62,970 bases of DNA from Candidatus Bathyarchaeia archaeon (GCA_050012255.1 JBEKHN010000014.1:1-62970), one strand, 5' to 3'. Shown: positions 41,298 through 52,339, numbered from the stretch's first letter. Notes: generated by a model not told the origin, from the letters alone. Program-made: numbers and translations.

Positions 41298-41510
41298 TTG
41301 ATACGAGGTTGCTCATAGCTCTCCTTCAGGAACACGCGGTTCCTCCCACAGAACACTTGGTGGATATCAAACTCCTTCGAAGACAACGCCACTGAAGCCG
41401 TTTTCTCCACGGTTAAACAACACAGCTACCCCAACTCAGACAGTCACAATGATTGAGCCGAACAACCGGAGCGGCACACACAACTTCAAAGCGACACACG
41501 ACCAAATCAA

Positions 41511-41552
41511 CAAAACGTATATGCAAAACGTATATGCAAAACGTATAAGCAA
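41511..41552. repeat. 13-bp tandem repeat CAAAACGTATATG x3
   Basis: Units at 41511, 41524, 41537 (last has one mismatch). Confidence 0.85.
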
Positions 41553-41795
41553 CACGCAAGCATCTACACGAAGCTGAACGACTCGCTCCCAGTCTGCTTC
41601 TTCAACGACAACATCAACATGACTAGGACCGAAGCAAGCGTGCGCTAGGCAACGGGCGAGCGAATCTCTGGCACACCCACGCTTCGATGAATTGCAGCAT
41701 GCAGCAAGCTAGTTCATATTTCAACTTCACAAATGACATATCTCACCTGAAGAACAATTCGAAAGGTTGCAGCGAAGCGGACGAAAAAGGGCACG

Positions 41796-42257
41796 GTGAC
41801 GGCTCTGTTAACCAGCATCCTCATCGTTGACGATGACGTCGCAGTGAGAACCATGCTCTCAACGGTCCTCAGCGACGAGGGATACCTGGTTGAAGCCGTG
41901 GAAAACGGCAAGCAGGCAGTCAAGACCTGTGAGAAATCCTCTTTTGACGTCGCCCTCATCGACATCGAACTGCCAGACATGAAAGGCACCGAACTTCTCA
42001 ACAAACTGAAAAGAATACAGCCGAAAATGATCAGGATAATCATCACGGGACACCCCAGCCTTGAAAGCGCCATGAAAGCCGTCAACGAAAGAGCAGACGG
42101 ATACGTACTGAAGCCCTTCGAGGTAACAGAACTACTGCAAAAAATAAGAAGACTCCTAGAAGAGAAGACCAACGAGTACCTGCGCATCTCCACAGAGGCC
42201 GCTCGCGAAAAAGAGAGCACTCCAGTCGTCAAGTACCAACGCTCAGACAGATGGTAG
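41796..42257 (+). CDS. Response regulator (receiver plus short tail)
   Basis: ILIVDDD, DIELPDMKG, ITGH, KPF. Confidence 0.9.
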   Translation: MTALLTSILIVDDDVAVRTMLSTVLSDEGYLVEAVENGKQAVKTCEKSSFDVALIDIELPDMKGTELLNKLKRIQPKMIRIIITGHPSLESAMKAVNERADGYVLKPFEVTELLQKIRRLLEEKTNEYLRISTEAAREKESTPVVKYQRSDRW

Positions 42258-42484
42258 CGCTCAGCCAGCTGAATAAGAACAGACGACGCCTGAAAAAGGT
42301 TCTAGCCTAAACGTTAGCCCGTGGAAGTCGCCTTCTTGAAAGCTTTTTGTAGACCAAGCGTGAGTCAAGATCAGTAGCAACGATCTTGCGTATTGATTGC
42401 AGTTTCATAATTGCTATATCAACGGTTGGACTTTCTTGTCAATATTCTGTGTTTCAAGCATCTAATAGCATGGAAGATGGATAG

Positions 42485-45400
42485 ATGACTGAATCCACTG
42501 CCGAGCCTATCGCAGAAGCACTAGTGGAATTGAACGAAAAGGAGCCTATTCGAGTTCTGCACGTTGATGACGATTCTGGCTTTGTCAAGGTCACTAAGCA
42601 GTGTCTGGAGATGGAAGCACCCGTCCAGGTTGACACGGCTGTATCCGTTGACGAGGCCCTGACAAAGCTGAGGACGGAAAGATACGACGTCGTCGTTTCT
42701 GACTATCAGATGCCCGAGAAAGATGGTCTCGAATTTCTAAAGGAGCTGAGAGAGAAAGGAAACACGATTCCGTTCATCATGTTCACTGGAAAAGGCAGGG
42801 AAGAGATTGCCATCAGAGCACTGAACCTAGGGGCTGATCAATACCTCAACAAAAGCGGGGATCCTGAAACAGTCTACAAGGAGCTTGCTCATGCAGTGCG
42901 ACAGGCGGTGGAGAGAAAAACTGCACTGGAAAAAATCAGAGAATCTGAGCAAAAATACAGAAGCTTGGTTGAGTTGGCTCCTGATGGGATCATAGCCGTG
43001 GATTTGAACGGCACAATCACATCCGTCAACGATAGTTTTCTGAAGATAGTAGGCTATGACTCGGATAAAGTTGTTGGCAGGCATTTCACGAAGATTGAGT
43101 CTGTTCGACCGCAGGACATTCCCAGGTTTATGGAATTGTTCCGTTCAGTGATGGAGAGAAAGTCAGTTTCGCCGATTGAATTCTCTTATGTTCGGAGAGA
43201 CGGAGAAAGTCGTTGGGCGGAGGTTCACCCTGGCTCATTGATGAAAGACGGCAAGGTGGTAGGGCTTCAAGTAATAATGAGAGACATCACTGAACGGAAA
43301 CGTGTGGAGAAGGCGCTGACGGAAAGCGAGGAACAGTCTAGGGCAATAGTCATTAACGCACCTATCGGGATAGCCACGTCAGATGCGGACAAGCACTTCG
43401 TAAGTGCAAACGATACGTTCTGCAAAATACTCGGGTACACAGAAGAACTCCGAAAGCTGACGTTCATGGACATCACCCATCCTGAAGACATTAAAGAAAG
43501 CATTGCAAAGATGGAATTTGGCGCAGGCAGGAAATCCTTCTTCGTTCAAGAGAAACGCTACATCAAAAAAGACGGAAACGTGATAGTTGGAAGAGTCAAG
43601 GTCAGCGCAATACGCGACCAACACGGCAAACCTCGCATGTTCGTTGCAGAACTTGAAGACATCACTGAACGCAAGGAAACCGAAGAGGCACTTGCCCAGT
43701 CAGAAGCCAAGTACCGCTCGCTTGTGGAACAGTCTCTGCAAGGAATAGCGATAGCTCAAGGCGTTCCTCCTCGACTAGTTTTTGTCAACCCTGCTATGGT
43801 CGCAATTTCAGGCTATTCTCAGGAGGAGCTTGCTTCCATTTCAATCATATGCCTGATACACCCCGATGACAGAGACATCTTCTTTACCCGACTCAAAGAA
43901 CGATTCGAAGGAAAACCATCTGTCTCAACCAACGAGTACAGAGCGATCCGAAAAGATGGAACTATCCTCTGGATTGCCTTAACTTCAAATCGAATCCAAT
44001 ATAACGGGCAACCTGCGGTGCAGGCAACCTTCATAGACATCACTCAACGTAAGAAAGCAGAAGAAGAGCTTCTGAAAGGCGCAGAGAAATACAGAGAGCT
44101 GTTCGAAAACGCCACAGATCTAATAGTCACGCTTGACCTGCAAGGAAACGTGACATCCGTTAACAATGCCATCCTAAGGTTCGGCTACGAAAAGAAGGAA
44201 ATCATTGGTAAGAACATTTCAAGGTTCATTCTGAAGCCTTACTGGCCAACTATCATTAACGATCTGTCACAAGTAGCGCAGGGAAAATCTGTCCAGAACG
44301 AAACAGGAATTAAGACCCCGCAAGCAGACCTAACTGCAGAATACAGGGCCAACCCAATTGTGAAGGATGGCAACATCATCGGCGTCCAAGTGATTCTGAG
44401 AGACGTAACCGAACGCAAACGTGCCGAAGAGGCAATAAGCAAATCAGAAGAAAGATTCCGTAGTCTAGTTGAAAAAACGAGTGTGCCCATCGCCACAAGC
44501 GACTTGAAAGGACGCTTCACCTATTTGAACAAAGCTTTGGCAGAATTGCTAGGCTACTCAACGGAAGAACTGCTTCATCGCCCATTCAAAGACTTCTTGC
44601 ACCCAAAGGATAGAGGAAAGATAACACGGTTGTTCCTCGGAGCTATTCTCCTGCGGAAAGAACCGTACAGCTTTGAATTCAGGGTGCTGCACAAGGACGG
44701 ACACATTCTACATCTCATGTCAAAACCTACAAGACTCGCAATCAACGGGAAAACCGTTGGTTTCCAAGCGATAATCGTGGATATTACCGACCGCAAGAAG
44801 GCGGAGAAGCTGATTCTGGAGAGCCAGCAAAAATTCGCAGGCCTGTTCAGAAACAATCCTGAAGCGACCGCCTACCTCGGACCAGATTGTCGCGTCTTGG
44901 ACATAAATCCCCGATTTGAAAAACTCTTTGGGTATTCCCTTGAAGAAATCAAAGGAAAACGCATCAACGATGTTGTGGTTCCAGAAAGCAGAACAAAAGA
45001 AGGAGATGCACTGGACAAGGAAGCCATGAAAGAATACGTTTACCGAGATACCATCAGAAGAAGGAAAGACGGGTCTTTAGTTCCAGTGGCCGCGTCTGCC
45101 GCTCCGATAAAGAGTTCGGGCAAAATCGCAGGGATCATTGTGACGTACCATGATATCTCTGACTTGAAGAACACTGAAAAAATGCTGGAGACGGTCAATG
45201 AAAAACTGCACGTGATCGGTGGCTTGACTCGTCATGATGCTCGCAACAAGCTCACAGCAATCAAGGGAAACCTGTACTTGGCGAAGAAGCACCTGTCGGG
45301 TAGCCCTGAAGCCTTGAAATACTTGGACGAAGCTGAGTCTGCGTGCCAACAAGTAGCCAAGATCTTTGACTTCGCAACCGCCTACGAACGACTGGGCATC

Positions 45401-45862
45401 GAGAACCTCGGTCCGATGGAACCAAGAAAAGCCTTTGATGAAGCCGTTTCCCAGTTCTCAGACATGAGAGGAATAAGAATCACAAACAATTGTCAAGACC
45501 TGACCGTTTTGGCTGATTCGTTACTTAGTCAGCTGTTCTACAACCTGATCCACAACTCACTGAAGTATGGTCAGAAGACCACTGCGATAACGGTGCGCTA
45601 TGAGAAGACAGGGGAAGACACGTTAAGACTAATCTACGAGGATGATGGTGTGGGCATACCGGCTGCTAACAAGCCTCACCTCTTCCAAGAAGGATACGGT
45701 ACGGGTGGCAGCACTGGCCTTGGATTGTACCTGATAAAGAAGATGATGGAAGTCTACGGATGGACCATACAAGAGACTGGCGAGCCTGGCAAAGGAGCAC
45801 AGTTCACCATAACGATCCCCAGACAAAACCAGAATGGAAAAGAAAACTATCAGGTCCCCTAG
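42485..45862 (+). CDS. Hybrid sensor histidine kinase: REC, six PAS, HisKA/HATPase
   Basis: VLHVDDD, DYQMP, six DITERK-type PAS ends, RHDARN, NLIHNS, DDGVG, GLGL. Confidence 0.93.
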   Translation: MTESTAEPIAEALVELNEKEPIRVLHVDDDSGFVKVTKQCLEMEAPVQVDTAVSVDEALTKLRTERYDVVVSDYQMPEKDGLEFLKELREKGNTIPFIMFTGKGREEIAIRALNLGADQYLNKSGDPETVYKELAHAVRQAVERKTALEKIRESEQKYRSLVELAPDGIIAVDLNGTITSVNDSFLKIVGYDSDKVVGRHFTKIESVRPQDIPRFMELFRSVMERKSVSPIEFSYVRRDGESRWAEVHPGSLMKDGKVVGLQVIMRDITERKRVEKALTESEEQSRAIVINAPIGIATSDADKHFVSANDTFCKILGYTEELRKLTFMDITHPEDIKESIAKMEFGAGRKSFFVQEKRYIKKDGNVIVGRVKVSAIRDQHGKPRMFVAELEDITERKETEEALAQSEAKYRSLVEQSLQGIAIAQGVPPRLVFVNPAMVAISGYSQEELASISIICLIHPDDRDIFFTRLKERFEGKPSVSTNEYRAIRKDGTILWIALTSNRIQYNGQPAVQATFIDITQRKKAEEELLKGAEKYRELFENATDLIVTLDLQGNVTSVNNAILRFGYEKKEIIGKNISRFILKPYWPTIINDLSQVAQGKSVQNETGIKTPQADLTAEYRANPIVKDGNIIGVQVILRDVTERKRAEEAISKSEERFRSLVEKTSVPIATSDLKGRFTYLNKALAELLGYSTEELLHRPFKDFLHPKDRGKITRLFLGAILLRKEPYSFEFRVLHKDGHILHLMSKPTRLAINGKTVGFQAIIVDITDRKKAEKLILESQQKFAGLFRNNPEATAYLGPDCRVLDINPRFEKLFGYSLEEIKGKRINDVVVPESRTKEGDALDKEAMKEYVYRDTIRRRKDGSLVPVAASAAPIKSSGKIAGIIVTYHDISDLKNTEKMLETVNEKLHVIGGLTRHDARNKLTAIKGNLYLAKKHLSGSPEALKYLDEAESACQQVAKIFDFATAYERLGIENLGPMEPRKAFDEAVSQFSDMRGIRITNNCQDLTVLADSLLSQLFYNLIHNSLKYGQKTTAITVRYEKTGEDTLRLIYEDDGVGIPAANKPHLFQEGYGTGGSTGLGLYLIKKMMEVYGWTIQETGEPGKGAQFTITIPRQNQNGKENYQVP

Positions 45863-46121
45863 TTCCAGTCGTGCGAGTCATCATCAACGTTGTGAGTAGC
45901 ACGCGTGCGTGTTCCCAAATTCCGTTTTTCTAGTGTGAGAGTTGGGACGCGCCTTCTACCGATGCTCTCTCCCATCTCATGGCAGATCACAATCCATCGA
46001 CGGAGCAAAGCCAGAAGCATAAAATACTTTGCAAACGAATTTAGGAACAGACATACGCGCCATTGTAATGAGAGCGGACGCCAAATCAATAAATACCAGT
46101 GAATGGCAACTTACGCACACT

Positions 46122-46553
46122 ATGTTGTCTGAACTTAACAAAGCAGTGACTCGCCGATATTTTGAAGCCTACGGCACTGGAGATACAGATGCTGTAATGG
46201 AATTCATAGACCCTCACTACGTTCTACACCCCGGAGGAGGCGGAGAACCGATGAACTCTTACGAGAGGAAACGCGATGAACTCGTGTTTTTTCATGCTTT
46301 CTCCAGCATCCAAGCCATTGTGGAAGACCAGATCGCTGAAGGAGACAAGGTCGCAAGCCGCATAACAATGCATTGCACACACACGGGCGAGTATAAGGGT
46401 ATTCCTGCAATTGGAAAGCGAATTGCCATCCCCTACATAGACATCACCCTAATCAAAGCTGGAAAGATCGTTGAAGAATGGGTCGAGTATGACACGATGA
46501 ACATTCTCCAGCAAATCAGAGTTCGCAGTGCGGACGAAGCTTCAAAACGTTAA
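46122..46553 (+). CDS. SnoaL-like ester cyclase
   Basis: EDQIAEGDKV, THTGEY.GIP..GK, GKIVEEW. Confidence 0.85.
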   Translation: MLSELNKAVTRRYFEAYGTGDTDAVMEFIDPHYVLHPGGGGEPMNSYERKRDELVFFHAFSSIQAIVEDQIAEGDKVASRITMHCTHTGEYKGIPAIGKRIAIPYIDITLIKAGKIVEEWVEYDTMNILQQIRVRSADEASKR

Positions 46554-46738
46554 TTCTACAAAGGGTTTGATCCTTATCAGATTGAGGCGTGCTCGGAAGA
46601 AATGAAGAAATGAAGGTCACATACGCGGGCATCAGAGTCAGAGATTTAGAATGCTCTAGATTGAGCTCATGGACAAAAAGACCCAATCGAAAAAGGACTC
46701 GCGCTAGACGCAAACAGATAAAATAAGCAAAGAGACGG

Positions 46739-47506
46739 GTGCATATGCATATGGAATTCTTCAACTCCTACGAGGATGCTAGACGTGCAGAAGCCTACGC
46801 GAAGCTCGAGTTTCCAGGCACGTACTATTTGGCCTACAGGGATCTGCCTGAGATCATACGCGAATATGCCAAAGGGAGAAGAGCATTTGATTTTGGTTGT
46901 GGAGCTGGACGTTCGACCCGTTTTCTGCAGAAGCTTGGGCTCGACGTTGTCGGTGTTGACATTTCAGAGGACATGCTGAAGAGGGGCAGAGAGCTGGACT
47001 CCAAGGGTGATTATCGTCTGATCGAAGAGGGCGACTTATGCCAGTTTAAGGACGATGCTTATGACCTTGTGCTGTCCGCGTTCACGTTCGACAACATTCC
47101 CACCATGGAAAAAAAGGTGAGGAATTTCAGAGAGCTTGGACGTCTGCTTAACATTGAAGGAATCCTGGTTAACCTAGTCTCGTCACCTGAGATCTACACG
47201 CATGAGTGGGCGTCTTTTTCCACAAAAGACTTTCCGGAAAACCAACATGCGAAGAGCGGAGACAAAGTGAGAATAATCCAAACAGACCTGGAAGATAAGA
47301 GGCCGGTGGAGGATGTTGTCTGGACGGACGAGTCTTACCGAGAAACCTACAGGAGGGCCGGGCTTGAACTGGTCAACACCTACAAACCATTGGCAAAGGA
47401 GAGTAAGCCGTACGTGTGGGTCAATGAAACGAGGATTGCGCCATGGGTCATCTATGTGCTGAGAAAACAAGAGGTGCGCTCTAGTCGAGGCGGGCGCCCT
47501 TCTTAG
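46739..47506 (+). CDS. Class I SAM-dependent methyltransferase
   Basis: FDFGCGAGRS, GVDISEDML, YDLVLS. Confidence 0.88.
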   Translation: MHMHMEFFNSYEDARRAEAYAKLEFPGTYYLAYRDLPEIIREYAKGRRAFDFGCGAGRSTRFLQKLGLDVVGVDISEDMLKRGRELDSKGDYRLIEEGDLCQFKDDAYDLVLSAFTFDNIPTMEKKVRNFRELGRLLNIEGILVNLVSSPEIYTHEWASFSTKDFPENQHAKSGDKVRIIQTDLEDKRPVEDVVWTDESYRETYRRAGLELVNTYKPLAKESKPYVWVNETRIAPWVIYVLRKQEVRSSRGGRPS

Positions 47507-47568
47507 GGATGGTTAATAACGTTGAGAGAGACTTACAACGCTGACTGAACAGGAGGCGGCAACGAGTC

Positions 47569-48141
47569 ATGGTCGCAGATTTGGAGTTTCGTCCGCTCAC
47601 TTCTGAAACGTGGCAAGATCTTCAGACGCTTTTTGAAGGGGATAAGACGTGTCGCGCTTGCTGGTGCATGTGGTGGAGGCTTTCGGCATCAGATTGGATG
47701 AGACAGAGAGGCAAAGAGAACAGAGAAGCCATGAAAGCAATTGTGAAATCTGGAACGGTTGCCGGCATACTCGCTTATTCCGATGACAAACCGATCGGCT
47801 GGTTCTCGATATCGCCTAGAGAGCAATATCCCAGGTTGGAAAGATCCAGAACTCTCAAGAGAGTCGATGACAAGCCAGTGTGGTCCGTTGTATGCTTCTT
47901 CGTGGCTAAACCTTTCAGACATCAAGGCGTAGCAACCAAATTACTCGAGGCGGCTGTAGGCTATGCTGGAAAGCAAGGAGCAACGATTGTAGAAGGCTAT
48001 CCAAACAGCTTAAACAAGAAGCAGCAAGACCCGCTCGTTTACACTGGCCATATATCTTCGTTTGAGAAGGTCGGGTTTGTTGAAGTCCAGAACACTTCTA
48101 AGACCAAGGCAATCATGCGGTATGCGTTTGGAAACGAGTAG
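47569..48141 (+). CDS. GNAT acetyltransferase (CWC-type)
   Basis: CRACWCMWW, WSVVCFFV..RHQGVA, VEGYP. Confidence 0.88.
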   Translation: MVADLEFRPLTSETWQDLQTLFEGDKTCRACWCMWWRLSASDWMRQRGKENREAMKAIVKSGTVAGILAYSDDKPIGWFSISPREQYPRLERSRTLKRVDDKPVWSVVCFFVAKPFRHQGVATKLLEAAVGYAGKQGATIVEGYPNSLNKKQQDPLVYTGHISSFEKVGFVEVQNTSKTKAIMRYAFGNE

Positions 48142-48298
48142 CGACAAGGTCTCATCGTTGTTAGCAGAAAAGGAGATGATTGAGATGGACATCTCCGTGA
48201 GCTATGCGTGACAACCAACACGCTGGCCTTTTGAAACAATGTCTGATTTAGGCTTGCGTTTTGGCTCGCTGTCTACCGGGCTCAAGCACGCTTTAGTT

Positions 48299-49201
48299 TC
48301 AAGCTAGGAATAGAATGGCCACTCCAATGATGGCAACGAATGCCCCCAGTATGCCTCGCCAGCTGGTCCTTTCTCTGTAGATTATCCACACCACCGGGAT
48401 GATGAGGACGGGCATCAAAGACATCAACGTCTGCGCAATGCCTGCTTTAGTATCGGCTACAGCGACCATTGACAGCGTCATGCCTACGAACGGCCCAACT
48501 AGAGCACCCGCAGCAGTGTACTTCATTCCTACCGTGTCCTTCACGGCCCGGTGCAGGCCCGACAGTTTTCCCGCGAAGAGAGCACACGTCCAAATGAACA
48601 AGCCCGCCAGCATCATCCGTATCAACGCTGCAGACACAGGATTCATCGCCACGCTCGTATCGAGGTACATTCCCTTCTTTGACAGGACAACGCCGAACCC
48701 TTGACCCATCGCCGAAATCAAACCACAAAGCACTCCCCAAGCCTTCCGATTCTTTGCCTCAAGCTTCTCTTCCGACTTCTCTTCCCGCTCCAGCAGGACT
48801 ACAGCGATACCTGTCAACGTGACCGCTATCCCAAGAATAGACAACAGTGAGAACGTCTCTCCCAACATCCAGTACGCGCCTAATGATGCAAATATCGGGG
48901 CTGAAGACTGAATCAGGACTGAACGTCGCGGACCGATCGTAACGTACGCCGCAAACAACCCGAAATCACCGATGCCAAGCCCAACGATGCCGCTTACACC
49001 CATCCAGAACCATTGTCCGCTGCTTGCAAGAGGCAGCAGGGTACCCAACAAAACGGCATGAGCAAGAATCAGAAGCCCAATGGCCATTATCGTGCGATAC
49101 GCGTTGACACTGAATGAACCAAACCTCCTGCCGGCCGACGTGAAAAGGATAGAGCTGCACGTCCAGAAGCATGATGTGAGAATCGCGGCTGACTCTCCCA
49201 T
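48299..49201 (-). CDS. DMT/EamA family transporter
   Basis: About 10 TM segments, SGIVGLGIGD, IGPRR, LGE. Confidence 0.88.
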   Translation of the reverse strand: MGESAAILTSCFWTCSSILFTSAGRRFGSFSVNAYRTIMAIGLLILAHAVLLGTLLPLASSGQWFWMGVSGIVGLGIGDFGLFAAYVTIGPRRSVLIQSSAPIFASLGAYWMLGETFSLLSILGIAVTLTGIAVVLLEREEKSEEKLEAKNRKAWGVLCGLISAMGQGFGVVLSKKGMYLDTSVAMNPVSAALIRMMLAGLFIWTCALFAGKLSGLHRAVKDTVGMKYTAAGALVGPFVGMTLSMVAVADTKAGIAQTLMSLMPVLIIPVVWIIYRERTSWRGILGAFVAIIGVAILFLA

Positions 49202-49438
49202 GAGACTTAAGTCCAAATTCCTCACTGTTAGACTAGGGCAAAACGACCCGGATAACCTTAAACCTTTCCCACAACGAGCGCAGTTAGGTCGAACAAGGAC
49301 CACGAGAAGGCACTGTTTTGCAGATGATATGTGCGCATGTGCTGGAGATAAAGATCACGTGCAACGGATATTACGGGTTGTCCTTTTCGATCGTCTTAGA
49401 AAATAGAAGGCATGGGTTTGAAAGTTTCGAAGCTCGCG

Positions 49439-50167
49439 CTAGCACATGTCCTTGCAGCAGGCAGGGTTGTCGTAGTAGTCTCTGGCAACTCGAATCATGT
49501 TGTGGTCTTGCGTCAGCATGGCGGTTTCGTCTATCCAGTCTGACAGCGTTAAGAGAGTGTTCATGTCGGAGATGAGCATTCCAACTGAGCAGCAGAGTAA
49601 GCGTACATCTCCAAGGTTTGAAGAGTCTCCTTTGTCGAAAACCTCTTGCGTCACGGCGATGTTCAGTTTGACTCTTCGCTTTTCCTCTGCCTCTGTTAAC
49701 GACTTCTTGAGTTCTCTGAGAACTGCGGGGTACGGAATGAAAATCGTTATTTCTTTTCGGGCTGCTTCAATCAGGGCTTTCATCCTGTTGATGATGTTCT
49801 TTTGCCCCCGAATGATGTAAGCCACTTCCAGTTCCTCCGACTTCTCGGCGCTCTCATATATCGGCGTCAAAACGTCAACCAAAACATCGGCTTCCATCAT
49901 TTTCTCGTTGAACGCTTCGGTCATCTGCTGTTCTAGACTGGCGACGGCTTCCTTCGGCGGCACGGGACGATAGATGTTTGGGTTACCTCTCTGAACTATG
50001 AGCATGCCTTTCTTGGAGAGCCCATCTAAGGCATGGTAGATTTTTGAGTCCGGGATGCCTGTTTCCTTGCACAGCGCGCCCGCGGTCATATTGGAATGCG
50101 TCAAGAGCGTAACATAGGCCAAGGCTTCATGGGTCGGCAACTCAAGCTCTTTAAGCCGTGAAACCAT
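49439..50167 (-). CDS. TrmB-family transcription regulator with Cys pairs
   Basis: EALAYVTLL..TGIPDSKIY.AL..L..KG HTH; IRGQKNI; LLCC and C-terminal ACCKDMC. Confidence 0.88.
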   Translation of the reverse strand: MVSRLKELELPTHEALAYVTLLTHSNMTAGALCKETGIPDSKIYHALDGLSKKGMLIVQRGNPNIYRPVPPKEAVASLEQQMTEAFNEKMMEADVLVDVLTPIYESAEKSEELEVAYIIRGQKNIINRMKALIEAARKEITIFIPYPAVLRELKKSLTEAEEKRRVKLNIAVTQEVFDKGDSSNLGDVRLLCCSVGMLISDMNTLLTLSDWIDETAMLTQDHNMIRVARDYYDNPACCKDMC

Positions 50168-50255
50168 TCTGTCTCGAACTACCGTTTCTGTTATGTTCGC
50201 GAGCGTCTCCCCCTTTTTCTAATCAGCAGTTGTCAGAAAACGCTTAAATAGTTTT

Positions 50256-50275
50256 CTACTACTCAAAAGTAGTAG
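50256..50275. promoter_or_regulatory. Inverted repeat CTACTACT-CAAA-AGTAGTAG, probable TrmB operator
   Basis: Just downstream of CTTAAATA, between the divergent trmB and cmd/arsM genes. Confidence 0.65.
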
Positions 50276-50296
50276 TAAAAAAAGAACTGATCTAAC

Positions 50297-50593
50297 ATGG
50301 AAGACAAAATCAAGTTGTTGATAGCAGTCGGAGCTTCCGTCACCGCGAATTGCCAGCCCTGTCTCAAGACCGCCGTCACTCAGGCTCAGTCAGTAGGAGT
50401 AGATAAGAAGGAGATCATCGAAGCAATAGCGATAGGGAGAGTCGTGAGAAGGGGCGCGTTTGGCAAGATGGACAAATTTGCTTCTAGTCTTACCGGAAAA
50501 CCCATGGAAAAGTCGGACGATTGTCCGTTTGGCTCGACAGAAGAGGATGTCAAAGAATGGTTGGAGGAGGACGACCAATGTGGTTGCAAGTGA
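50297..50593 (+). CDS. Carboxymuconolactone decarboxylase/AhpD-like protein
   Basis: LIAVGASVTANCQPC, EIIEAI; C-terminal CGC. Confidence 0.8.
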   Translation: MEDKIKLLIAVGASVTANCQPCLKTAVTQAQSVGVDKKEIIEAIAIGRVVRRGAFGKMDKFASSLTGKPMEKSDDCPFGSTEEDVKEWLEEDDQCGCK

Positions 50594-50660
50594 AAGATTG
50601 GACCTTTGAAGACAAGGCCCAAGACCTGCTAGATAGCGCGTGCAAGTCATCATGTAGGAG

Positions 50661-51503
50661 GTGAACCATGTGGAAGAAGAAAATGTGAAGAAAATGGTCC
50701 GAGAGGGCTACGCAAAGATCGCCAAGAAACAGAAGTCCTGCTGCGACACACGAACTTCCTGTTGTTCCAACGGCTCCGATGTGAGCAAGGAGATCACCAA
50801 GAGAATAGGCTACACTGAAGAAGAAATAGGCTCAGTTCCAGAAGGCGCAAACCTGGGCTTAGGATGCGGAAATCCTGTCGCGTTGGCTTCTCTGAAGAAA
50901 GGGCAAACTGTGCTGGACCTTGGCTCCGGCGGAGGGTTTGACTGTTTTCTAGCGGCAAACAGAGTTGGCAAGGGCGGCAAGATTATTGGCGTGGACATGA
51001 CGCCTGAAATGGTTGACAAGGCCAGAGAGAATGCCCGGAAAGGCAAGTATGGGAACGTTGAGTTCAGACTTGGAGAAATCGAGAATCTGCCGGTCGCAGA
51101 CGGCACGGTTGACGTTGTTATCTCGAATTGCGTGATCAACCTTTCGCCGAACAAGAAGCGCGTGTTTGAAGAGGCCTTCAGAGCTCTAAAACCCAACGGA
51201 AGACTGATGGTCTCAGACATCGTGCTTCTGAAACAGCTTCCAGAAATCATAAGAAGAAACGTTCAAGCATACATCGGATGCCTCTCAGGCGCCGAAATGA
51301 AAGACAAATACCTGCAAATGATAAGAGACGCTGGTTTTAAAGAAGTCAAAGTTGTCGAAGAGAATTACTTCCCAATCGAAAACATGGCCAACGATCCTAC
51401 GGCACAAGCGATCGTAAAGACTTCACAGATGCCCCTGGACAAACTCAAGAAACTCGAAAACACCGTATCAAGCGTGAAGGTCTACGGGGTCAAACCTAAC
51501 TGA
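50661..51503 (+). CDS. arsM: Arsenite methyltransferase
   Basis: N-terminal CC..CC, LGLGCGNP, LDLGSGGG.DC, ISNCVINL, GCLSGA. Confidence 0.92.
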   Translation: MNHVEEENVKKMVREGYAKIAKKQKSCCDTRTSCCSNGSDVSKEITKRIGYTEEEIGSVPEGANLGLGCGNPVALASLKKGQTVLDLGSGGGFDCFLAANRVGKGGKIIGVDMTPEMVDKARENARKGKYGNVEFRLGEIENLPVADGTVDVVISNCVINLSPNKKRVFEEAFRALKPNGRLMVSDIVLLKQLPEIIRRNVQAYIGCLSGAEMKDKYLQMIRDAGFKEVKVVEENYFPIENMANDPTAQAIVKTSQMPLDKLKKLENTVSSVKVYGVKPN

Positions 51504-51760
51504 CCCTCAAAGCTTGCTAAAACCTGAAGAGAGCCCTCTCTATTTTGTGTGAGAATGATGAAGAGAAGCCAGATGCCAGAGGCCTTCGGCAAGCCTGAGC
51601 GGGGGCAAGATGGGGCAAGCCAGATTCTAAGCCCTGAATTGCCTATTCTTCAAAATCGGCGGACTTCACATAACGCACAATAGGTCCTCCTGTTCCATTT
51701 TGGATTTATGGAGCTAAACGAGGAACAGGAAACGTTTCAAAAAAAGAAGTAGAGGATAGT

Positions 51761-52339
51761 CTAGCTAGCGGGTTGTATGTTGAAGGGTAGCACCGCGTAC
51801 GCGTGTGTGTTTGTCGCGTTGATTGCTTCGTATCCGACCATCACGTTGATGCTGAAGTTAGCGTTGCTGAACACGTTGCTCTCCAACACTTTAACCGTCA
51901 CGCTCTGCCCAGGATTCACAAAGGTGCCGTTGAACAGTGCAGCTCTGCCCACGACTTCGTTGCCCAGTGTCCAGTCTTTAGGAAGCAAGACCCGGACCTG
52001 ACTCGAGCCAGTGTCCAGGATGAGCATGCTTCTAAACTCTGAGACTACGGTTCCCTGAACCGTTGAGAGCGTAGCGTTCTGCAATAGCCCTTCAGTCAAA
52101 TAATTACCGTTCGCCCGCATTTGCGGCATGCGCCTCATTTGACCACATGGTATCGTAACGTTGTCCGGCAGAGTGATGTTGTGCGACTGGAAAAAGGTCT
52201 GCATGTTCTGAATGCCCGTCTGTTGCTGGTCAGCATTAGCTATGGCGCCGTTCTGCGAGCATGCGTACACGAAGGCCACAGTGCCCAGTGCGATGAACAA
52301 AACCGCGGCTACAGCAGCTATCTTCAAACTTTTCCTCAT
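51761..52339 (-). CDS. Hypothetical secreted protein
   Basis: N-terminal signal/TM, several N-x-S/T sequons. Confidence 0.7.
   Translation of the reverse strand: MRKSLKIAAVAAVLFIALGTVAFVYACSQNGAIANADQQQTGIQNMQTFFQSHNITLPDNVTIPCGQMRRMPQMRANGNYLTEGLLQNATLSTVQGTVVSEFRSMLILDTGSSQVRVLLPKDWTLGNEVVGRAALFNGTFVNPGQSVTVKVLESNVFSNANFSINVMVGYEAINATNTHAYAVLPFNIQPAS

Noticed and set aside
1959-50080. GCGCGC hexamers inside genes (1959, 16603, 50074) as motif copies
   Set aside because: Hexamers without the TA(A/G) flank are expected by chance, so they were not counted
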